A DNA stretch of 52,972 nucleotides. It comes from Dimorphilus gyrociliatus (lineage: Eukaryota; Animalia; Annelida). Location of the stretch: positions 4,567,867 to 4,620,838 of the forward strand of contig CAJFCJ010000007.1 in NCBI GenBank assembly GCA_904063045.1, written 5' to 3'. Below the pieces are notes generated by a model. The model had not been told where the DNA came from and did not search any database. It was given only the letters and a program-made list of their open reading frames with translations. Positions 1 to 10,700 of the stretch are shown in pieces. Numbering within the stretch: the first letter of the stretch is position 1; each line of letters opens with the position of its first letter. A program made the position numbers and the translations under genes.

Positions 1-3000
1 AACAGACCTGCAAAAAAAAAAGGTTTTTTTTGTTTTTAGAAAATTTCATAAGAAAAGGTCAAGGTCACAAATACCTATAACTGCTAAAAGTAGCCAAATT
101 AAACAGTTTGATATGAAGAAAATATATACTGAGAGTTTCATTGATACATTCCTTTTTGAACGGACTTTTGATGATCTCAATACAATAATCATATGAATGT
201 ATAAAACCAGAACAACAACAGTAATCATTGGTAGGAGAAAAGTGAAAACAACCATTGGATATATCCATTCTTCATTATAATTATTCACTGGAAATATATT
301 AAAACAAAATGGCGAAACACTGTAAATTTCCTTATTTATCATTATTGGTATAATGGATAATACTGCAGCAAAACAACTTCCAACAACTATTTGACAAGCC
401 TTTCTAGAAATTTTCCACTTTTCAAAAGGTTTTGTTATTCCGTAATATCGCTCAATCGCTAAAAGTAAAAAACTAATTGATTGTAAAATTATCGAAAATA
501 TTATCATTGTTCCTAAAATTTTACATAAATTTGAATGTCTCCATTTAAAATCATTTTCTAAATATTTCTTTAAATAGATTTTATTAACAACAACTATTGA
601 TAAAATAAAACCGGAAATACCAAAATCACTTATTGACAATAACAAAATAGTAAATTTTGATTTATCTTTAGTTTTTAGGTATATAGAAAATGAAATTACA
701 TTGAGTAAAACACCAAAAATTCCAATTATCCATAAAACTATTTCTCTAAATTTTACATTCAAAAAACTTGAACACCTTAATAAAGATTCTTCAAAATGAT
801 CGCAATCAACATTAGAATGGATATAATTCCAAATAAAACAACAAAGTATAAAATGATGTTTACCAATGTATTGTAATGAATGCAGATGTTTGGCAATATG
901 CCTAAATGACTGTTGAGGAAGTTGAGTATTATTCAAATAGAAATATGTTAATTTATTCAAATTTCGAAAAGATTTTCTATGAATATTCATTAATTTACAA
1001 TTTGAAATATCCAACTTTGTTAGATTTACAATTGTTGATAAATCATTTTCCAATATATTCTTTATTTTCGTTGATGATAAATTCAAATATCTGACATCTC
1101 TACATTGCAAAATATTCAACATTTCCAACGATTCTATTGGATTTTTAGACAAAATTAACGTTTGCAGCATTTTCATTGGTTTTGAAAGAATCAACGAATC
1201 AGACGTCAAGTTGTTGTCGATCAACGAAAGATAAAATAGATTTGGAAAATAATTTTGGAAATTTTCCAAATATTTTCCACTTTCTCTTAAAATTAAAATG
1301 GAAAGATGAATGGAATTTTTCAAAATGTCTTCTTCTTCTTCTCTTCTTATCCCTCCAGTCATGTTCACAAATTTTAAATATTCGACATTCTCTACGCTCT
1401 TGTTAGTTTTATGAAACGCTTCGTCATCTTCTTCCACTTTTGTGTAGTCGCATTGTAGAGAAAAAACATCAATTTGACGACAGAATTGGTGTGATATTTT
1501 TGGAAAATTACACAACAATTCGTCACTTCCGTCAATGCAATCGATATATCCGTCGCAAACTTTAGATAATTTAATAAATATTCTTTCTTTGTCGCATCTG
1601 AAAAATCCTTTTGCATAAAAATTTCCTGCAAAAATTCTCTTTTCATTCTTTTTTCTTTCCATCCATCTATATCTTTGTACTCTTACCGCAATCTATTTCA
1701 TCATCTCCATGGTAACACTGAACTATACCGTCACATACCTGCTCGATTGAGATACAATACTTTTCGTATCGGCACAAATATTCACCATAGTGACATTTTT
1801 CATGATTACATCGATACAAATTAAACATCATGGTTATTGGATACCCGGATGTTGACATGCTGTAGTAACATCCTAATGTTCTAATCCCTTCTATGTAATT
1901 GTGATATGGTGACAAATCATGAATATTATATCCTTCATCATTCTCTTTATAGCAATCCCTTTTCCCATCATTAATATATGCGGCATGAACACAAGTTAAA
2001 TCACAGTTAATTTGTCTATTAGGATGACAAACTAAAGGAGAAAGAGTGAACATATTAATTATAAAAATGATTTTCGGCATAATACCTTTTCTATGTGAAT
2101 ATTGATAATTAGACAATAATTTATGATTAATGATTTCATCACTTCGATCAAAGCAGTCCAAACGATTATCTAAAATCTGATCTCTTAGAATACACTGTTT
2201 AGTATTTTCGCAATGAACATGTGATTCATTTGAACATAATGAAAATGCTTTTTTGTTTTTTTGAAGAATAAAAACAAAGTATTAATTTAATGAGATTAAT
2301 TAATAGCAAATGTTTTTTTACTGCAATTTTGTTCATCAGAACCATCTAAACAATCATTGACATGATTACAAAAATCATAATATACAATTTTCTCTCCATT
2401 TGAACAAATAAATGAAAATTTTTTTTCAATATTACATTTTTCAATATTTTCAGTATTCTGACAATTTGAAATATTCTTGCAAGATAGAATTGAATGAATG
2501 TAGAAATTATTCTCTTTGCAGAGAAAAAATTTATCTGTTTTTTCCTAAGGAAAGATTTTTTTATTGGGCAAGAGAAATATTTTAAAATGTAGACATAGCT
2601 ACTAATAGAATTTTTGTTTCTTTGGAATTTAAAGGAGGACGAATAGAAATGGAATTTCCTTTGTTATATTTAATTTTCTGACATATCATGAAATAAAAAA
2701 GTTTTTTTTCACACTTAATTTCTTTTACAGATATATAATCTTGATTTTGAAGAGTAAATTTAATACAAATTCTTTTCATATCTTGTCTTTTTCTTAGCTT
2801 TTTAGCAATATTTAAACTATTTGAGTTCTGAAGATATATTTAAAAAACAAAAAAAATAATTTTACATCGCCAAAACAATTTTACACCTAACATTCATACT
2901 TTGTATGGAATCATATATGGTAAATTCATAGTTAATCCATTTGATGTTATCAATTCAGGTAAGGACAGTTTGTTTATAGTCCATTTTAAAAATAAAAAAT

Positions 3001-6000
3001 GTGTCAATAATAAGAACATTCTATATTTGTTTTGTTTTTAAATACTCATAGATCCTGTTTTTAAATGATTATTTATCAGTTTAAGATATGAAAACAAAAC
3101 TATCTTGTTTGACATTGAAAAGTCTGTAATATTTAAATGATGATTTCTTTCACACATTTCTTTTGCTGTATTTGCAGAAATTAAATTATTCATTAATTTT
3201 ATATAATAACACTTTTCATATATTGAAACTATATAGTTAAATGGATTTTTTAAACTTTGATTTTTTAAATTATAACAATTTCCAAGAGATTGATTTGTAC
3301 ATCTTAAATAATATACAAGCCATAATCTTTGCTTTGGGAAAACATTTCTATTATTGTTATAATTTGAATAATTAGGTCAAATTGAAATAAATAACTTACT
3401 TTTCTATGTGACATTCATCTATATTTGTTGAATTTTCAAAACAATTAATTGTTTCAATTTCAAAAGCATATTTTTTTATATAAATAGAAATTAAATGAGG
3501 GAATTCTAATGTGCCAAATTGGTATCCAAAAAAATTACAAATTTTATCTCCAGTTAATGAATTTAAATATTTGAAAACAACTGAAATTTCATTTTTATAG
3601 ATATATGTCAATTCTCCATATATTGATTGAGAATTTGATTTGGTGTTTAATCCAATAATTTTATTACCAATGGTAAGTTTCACTGTATAAAATATATACA
3701 TCTTAAATGTTTTATATACTAAATATATAGAAATTTTTGTTTATGGATAGTTGAATTGAATAGTTTTTAATTTAAACATAAAAATAGAATATGGTCAACT
3801 GTCCATTATCATTATAAAAGAGAAAAAAAGGTGTTACATTTTGTCATTTTCTTTTCACAAGATGGTATAATGTATATATTCTCTCTTGACTTACTGTGTC
3901 TGAATAATTGACACTGAGTGCCACTATAATATTCGGGATTATAATCGCAATCAAATGTAAAGCTGTATTGTTTCTGTGTATTTTAGATTTAAAAATCCAA
4001 TTGAAACAAGAAAAAGAAACATATATACAGTCGCGATATTATGTAATTATAACAAGAGTAAAAATTGCTAAAAATCGAAATATTTTGATTTACATTGAAA
4101 GAAAATTGGCCTACAAATATTGATTCCCTGTTATAGAAAGAATTTAGAACATACAGTTTTTTTTTGGAAATGTTACATAATGTGTTGCCTTTAGAAATCC
4201 AGAAAAATATCATACACCACTTGAACATGCCAAAAATGATTATTTGAGGCATAGCAGCAAAAAATTTAATTGCAGCCCAGCCACAATTCAGAATATAAAG
4301 AACAAATTCATACAATTTAAAACAATAAATTACCTGCATACGTCTGGTAGACCATGTAAAATCACCAGGAGGATGGAGCTGCTACTCACAAAAACAAGCA
4401 GATCAAACCCAAAATTGACAGGTAGAGAAGTTTTTCGAAAACTCTGCAGTTCCTATTGAGATATCACGATCTAGTGTGAAAAAATCTTATTTAAGTATAA
4501 ATTAAATTGCTCTAAATAGAAAGCAAATTAAGAAAAAAATAAAACGGTATAGTTTGGTGGTGATTGCATCATGGTCTTTGGATTTAAAAAAGTATAATAG
4601 AGAGAGAGGACTCTGCAAAGTCCCAACTGGAATGAAAGCCAATAGGTATATAGATATACTCTCAGAAAATGTGCTACCTATCTATAATTGGGGAGAAATT
4701 TTCCAGTAAGATGAAGCGAGCTGCCACACAGCAAAAACAACTACTGCATTCATAAGGAAAGTGATGAAATTGCTAGAAAACTGGCCAACAAATAGCCCAG
4801 ATATTAACATTATGGAGGCCATTTGGGGTATTTAAAAACAAAAACAATACTTAGGCAGCCCTAAGAGCTGTGGGAAATTTTTGAGCAGGAATTTGAAAGA
4901 AGACTAAATGCAATAAAAATGGCAAATGGAATGCATACAAATTATTGAATCTTATAATTCTGTCCTATACAATAGTACGCCTATCTAAAAATGTATAAAT
5001 AAAATAAAATGAGTACTTTTGATGAACCTGATAGATTTGTTATAATTATTTAGTGGTCTAAATTCATAGTATTGTAAAAAAAAAGAGTGAAAAAGTGATT
5101 CTTAAAGTATAAATATTTATCTAAAATTTTGCCTAATGTTTCACAAGTCGTCTATTCTACAGAAAAAAATATTTTTAACCATAAATTTCATTTGTAAATC
5201 AAGGTACATAGATTTTTAGAAATTTTTACTCTTGTTATAATTACTTAATATCGCGACTGTATATCACATTATACATTTTTTGCAGTTCTTTCTTTACATC
5301 CTGTGGAAGCTGGAGCCGTTTTCAAAACTTTACATAGAAAGCTGCAATATGCCTCAAATGGTAATGTATCTACAGTAAACATAGGCTCAACCAGTCCATA
5401 AGTCTTTGACATAATAAAAAATTGTGAAGGAATACTTTCGTTACTTTTGTAATAATCTGCTGAAATGTCTGTTGATCAAAATGGCGTCTTAAGAAAATGA
5501 AAGTTTTAGATAGCCAATATTACTACTGCTACAGTTTTTAAGATAATACTTAACTTCAAGTTCAATATATGAACAATATATCCTTTTTGTTCCTATAAAT
5601 GTTCCAATTGGCTCTAAATTGCTTTTATTATCAAAAATAGAAAATTTTAAAGAGACTTTTTGTGATATTTCATCTTCAAATTTAAAAATTGATTGATTAT
5701 TTAAATTAAATTTTGAATTTTTGCATAAATTTTGTTTTTCACTATCAAAACTATAAACTTTTGAGATGTTTTGATTTCTTATAAAATATAGCCAATACTG
5801 AGAAGATTTTGGTCCTCTTTTTGAAAATATATCTAAATATAATGGTATTAAGAATCATAGTAGTTGAAAAATGATGATAGTGTCATAAATATTACAAGAT
5901 TGATCCTTTTTAAAACATTTTAACAGTAGAAATTCTGTAGATTTTTCACTTGTATAGGTAATTCTAATTGGTTGAGAAAAAGAAAATAATAGATAATTTG

Positions 6001-7517
6001 AATATTCAAATTTTTACATATTATATCTATTCTCCAGATTAAGTAATATAGATGCAACTGGAGATGATGACAATGTCAAATTTAAATATTGGCTATGTTT
6101 AAAAGATAACGAAAAGATGGAGCTGTAATTGAGATTTTTACAAAAATAGCTTAGTATTGATTCTGGATATTCTTCGAATTGAACAATGTAATGTTTTTTT
6201 TCTATTTTGTCATTTAACTTTATGATAAGAAGATCATAGTAAATATTTTCTTTCATAGTTTCATAGTATATTTCAATATGTTCAGATTCATTTTTAAAAG
6301 TAAACAAAGCATCTTTTTTATTTGAATTGCAAGTGCAATTGATTTTGTTAGCTTTGAATTCAGTCATTCTATTGGATAGAGTGCAATTTTTCACCTTAGC
6401 ATAATCATTATTATCAAGTTTACAACCAGAAAATATTCTAAAATAATCCAAATCGACAGGAGAATAGTTTCTTCCAAAATATAATTCTTCACTTGAACAT
6501 GACTCAACGTATTGCATTTTTAAAATATTCTGACATGTATACATACAAGCTGTTTGTTTTTGAACAGATTTTGAAAAAATTGCTAGAACTATTAATTCCA
6601 TTGATTTTGTAATAATAAACTGTTCTATTTCATTTCTGAAGCCTCTCATTGATTTTTCCAAAATTAAATCTAGTGAAAGAAGAATAATAAATAAATTTTT
6701 CTCTCTTAATATTTTTGTTAACCGTTCAAATCTTCTAAATTACAATGTTGCTGTTTAAATCCATTTTTTGAAAAATTGAATGTTAAAATATCAATTTTCC
6801 AAGTTGAAGTATTTAATTTTTCAATAAAATTAATATAATATTGTTTTTTTATTGTATTATTAATAAATTCTCTATTCATATCATGAAAATTAATGATAGA
6901 ATCTTTACAAAGATATTCTCCCCGCTCATTGACATTTAAAATTTCATTTCCAATCTTATAGTATAAAGTATAACTATTTATTTCATTCAAAAATGAAAGA
7001 GTAACTAATGAAATAAAAGGGAAGGTTAAAAAAATGAAACAATGGAATTCCTTTTGAAATTACAATTGGAATTCTTTACAAAACATTTAACAACTAGACA
7101 AATATTTGGTCTTTGAAAACGCTGTCTTTACAAAAGAACAAAATATTTAAAAAAATTAATCATGTCATCATGATCATTATCATCATCTTTTTCTAACCTG
7201 GTATAAGATAAACCTTTGTTTGTTAATTGATAAATTGCTCTACCATTAAAATATTTTCCACTAGAAGCTGAAATTGTAGAATCATATCCCAACTGTTTAC
7301 ATATATTGTTTGAATATTCAATTGTATAGGGGTTATAATTAAAATACATGAATTTTTTTGTCCATTTATCCATTACAGTTAGAAAGCCATAAGAGTATTG
7401 AAAAGTTTTTTCTATTATTTTTAAGTATAGCTGACTTTCTTCCAATTGAGTGCATAAACACACCAAACTAAAACATAATAGAATTTTTATTGAGTACTTT
7501 ACTTTAAATTTGAACAT
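1..7517 (-). CDS. Receptor gene A: multi-exon LDLa-LRR-7TM GPCR (RXFP/LGR type C, GRL101-like) with long SRCR-like/lectin-like ectodomain; runs off the left edge after TM6
   Basis: Signal-like MFKFKVKYSIKILLCFSLVCLC at 7517. SRCR-like ICKQLGY (7128-7517) and ICNFFGY...INCFENSTNIDEC (3396-3701). CTL-like AKEMCERNHHLNITDFS (~3100-3170). LDLa repeats (CNHVNDCLDGSDEQNC ~2320-2370; CDGIVQCYHGDDEIDC; CDGYIDCIDGSDELLC). LRRs (LQTLILSKNPI, LTKLDISNCKL), hinge LCCF, 7TM with AIERY. Introns 1626-1686 (phase 1) and 8-74 (phase 1) have GT..AG ends. Full exon map not resolved. Confidence 0.88.
806..1789 (-). repeat. Inverted repeat copy 1 (984 bp), partner of 12363-13346
   Basis: Line-by-line reverse-complement comparison shows no indels (paired coordinates sum to 14152) and 5 substitutions. 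It covers one LDLa exon, a 61-nt intron, a second LDLa, the LRRs and the hinge up to NVD/NVE. Confidence 0.97.
4028..5259 (+). mobile_element. Tc1/mariner DNA transposon (1232 bp, decayed transposase), apparently in an intron of gene A
   Basis: TIRs CAGTCGCGATATTA(T/A)GTAATTATAACAAGAGTAAAAATT(G/T)CTAAAAATC (47/49 identical), flanked by TA on both sides. Paired-like HTH with SGRPCKIT (4244-4459), then remnants FGGDCIMVFG, FQ*DEASCHTA and WPTNSPDINIMEAIWG, matching the Tc1 DDE motifs but with stops. Confidence 0.93.
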
Positions 7518-7749
7518 TTAAAATTTTTGTGCTATTTTTTCAGAGAAAAAATATTTAGGCGTGACTTTTTTTATATTAATTCAAATTGGGAATTTGATCT
7601 TTGTTAATCTTTTTTCCAAAAAAAATATAGTTGAAACTTTTTTCATGTTCATTTATTTTAGAATGCTGGTTTTTGTTGCTTTTTTCTAAATAGCACATAA
7701 TATGCACTTTTTTCATTTATTTTAAGAAATTGGTTATATTCCTTTTACT
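7518..7749. promoter_or_regulatory. Putative bidirectional promoter/5' UTR region between head-to-head genes A and B
   Basis: Only 232 bp separate the divergent candidate start codons (7517 minus, 7750 plus). No core promoter motif was identified, so this rests on geometry alone. Confidence 0.4.
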
Positions 7750-10700
7750 ATGGAATCATCAACTATTAGCTACACAATGAATTACTGTTTTAATCACACA
7801 ATTACAGTATTTCTTTTTATTGTTTTCAGTATTAGTTATCATTTACAAGCGAGAAAAATAATTGGAAAATTAGCAATTCATATAAGACAAGAAAATTCGG
7901 AATATGTTATTGCACAATTAGAATTAATAGCAAAAAACAACATTTCTTATAAAGTAGCATTTTCTAAATCAGATACCAATCAAACTGATAATGGTCATCT
8001 TTGCAAAGTTTTTAATTTTGATGGTACTATAATGACTTTTTTTGAAACCATGTTTTATTATGGAGAAGGTGAAATTGTGGAATTTGAAAAAAATTCCTGT
8101 TCAGAAAGAGTTTGTAGTCTGTAAGTTTTAACTTTTAAATCAGATAAAATATCCCTAGACATTTAGTTGGACGAATAGGCTTAAATGCAATTGGGGATGT
8201 TTTTTCTGTTTTTTGAACTTTTTCTTACATTTTAATACTTTTCTATAGTTTCTTAAGTGATTATGCATCAGTTGGTTCTCAATTTCATGTATTTAAATGT
8301 TACAAGAAAAAATGTAAGATACTATGTACAAAAATATATAAATAATATAATTACCATTTCTATAGTCATATTCACAATGTCTAAACAAAATGTTTACTTT
8401 CTCTATTATAAATTTGAAAATCAAATTTTTAAAATACATAATAACAATAAGAATGATAATAAAAGATTATATCTTTGTAAAACTTCAGCAATCAATATTT
8501 ATTCATTTATGAAGTTAAATAATTATTTTTTGAAAAAATTGAATAATGGCGGATTTATACAAATAACTGATGAAAGAAATAGAGAATTTAAAATTTTAAA
8601 TGCTAGTAATTCAAATAATTATAGACAAGAATTTTGCACTTTCCAACAGCTTGATGGTAAAATATACATAAATTAAAAGATTAGCTGAAACAAAGAATAA
8701 AAAATAGGACATTTTCTATCAGTAATGTCTGTTAAAAAAATATATTTTTTTTCAACACAGATTTAAAATTGAATGATCAAGTAAATATTCAAGAAGAATA
8801 CACATTCATTTCAAAATCAGGGCGTACTATCAAACCATATTTTTCAAACAATATTCACCTTTTAACTGCTTGTTTATACATTTGTAATAATTTACTTAAT
8901 AGCTTACAAGTTGCAAATTGTGAATATAAAGATTCTAGTATTGATGGTCTATCAATTATTTTCCATGGTTGTAAAATACAAAATGGTAGTGTTAAATTTT
9001 GTTTTATTGAAAAACTTGAAGTTTCTAAACAATACTATTTTGCTATTGCCACTTGTAAACAAAATGTTAACATTTGTAAGGACAAAATATAATTGTTATC
9101 ATATCAGTTTTTGTATTAAAATTACCTATTTTTATACAAAATAAATAAAAGTTCTAAGTATCATAAATTGGAAAGAATTAATTATAATTCCTGAAATTAT
9201 TGAAACTACTCAAGTCTATGATGTTTTTCAATTAAAAGTAAAAACTAAGAACAGTGATAATTCATTATTATTAGATATTAGGCATACAAATGTTGGAAAA
9301 GAATTTCTTTTAAAAATATGTTCTATATTTAAATATGACACTATTTTTGTAACTTCAATATTGTCAATACAAAGATTTACTGACAAAATAACAGCAACAC
9401 TGTTAGATGGAGTTGAAGATATTTATGTGTAATAACAATAATAATATATAAAGAAAACCACTTTTTCATTCTTTCTTCAGAGCTTTCATAAATAAATCAC
9501 TTTCTAAAATGTCTATAAAATGTTTCAAGAAAAATCAACAATGTAAAAATTTGAAATATTCTGAAAATTCTTCTTTTTAAAAAATTCATTTCTAGACTTT
9601 TTTTCACGATACAAAGGAAACTATAGTTATAATTTAATATATAGAATAAATTCAACACAGTATTTTGTTCATGGGTTAGAGAATGAGAGGAAAGATATGT
9701 GTAAAAACAGTTTTTTCAATTTAAAATACAATTATGATTTTACCTCATTAAAAATTTCAAAACAAAAAATTTATTTAAAATATTCAATTCTAAATGAAAA
9801 ATATGAAAATTTAATAAGATTGAATAATTCGAAAAGAATAACTTGTCTTTTCTCTGAATTAGATGGTTCGAGTATTCAATTCCTTTTTCTTTGAATTTAA
9901 AAGATGTAAATAGTAATAATAACAACAACAGAGATTTCATTTAATAGAATTGCAAGATCTTGTGATGAGCACACATATTTGAACTCAAAAACATACGGAA
10001 TACTTAAATCAGTCTTTTTACAAAATATATTTTTTTATTCTATTGTCAAATATGCATTATCAGACTTTAATTATGCTTGTTATTTTCTATGTAATTCTGT
10101 AAATATGGAAATGGTGGAAGGTTCCAAATGTTGTATATTAACAGATGAAGAAGTGCAAATAATGATTGTTTTTATCTAAATAATGAAGAAAGATAATATA
10201 TTATAGTTTTCTTGTTTTTTGTTGTTTTCAAGGTTGACGAAATAGAATATATTTTTGACTGTAGGGAGAGTTTGTTTGAAGGATCTGAAATACTTTGCGA
10301 TATAGGACATTTTAATCATACACATCGTTATTATACTGTCAGACCAAACTGTAGGCCAAAATCTATAAAAAATGATAAAAGTAGAATAAATATTAAAATC
10401 TTAAATATATAAAAAAGATTTTTTTCTAGTTAGACTAAACAAAAAAAAAATATCAACTGAATTTTCAAAAACAAGTAATACGTTATCTGGTTCAATGAGT
10501 GTCTTATATTTGAACAGATATTGGGCTTTTCTTAGATATATCAATTCATTTACATTGAATAAAATTTGTTCATTTTTTGGTTTTAATTATGGTTCAATAA
10601 AACTTCCAAAATTCTCTTCTAGAAGAAAATCCTATGGATATAATCTAGTTATTGATACAGTTGTTTGTTTTGAAGATTCTTCAAGCATTGATGATTGCAA

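Noticed and set aside
65-1646. Short ORFs overlapping gene A (65-268, 906-1094, 1176-1406, 1392-1646) and their twins at 12506-13246
   Set aside because: Alternative-frame or antisense shadows of the receptor exons. Their duplication simply reflects the inverted repeat.
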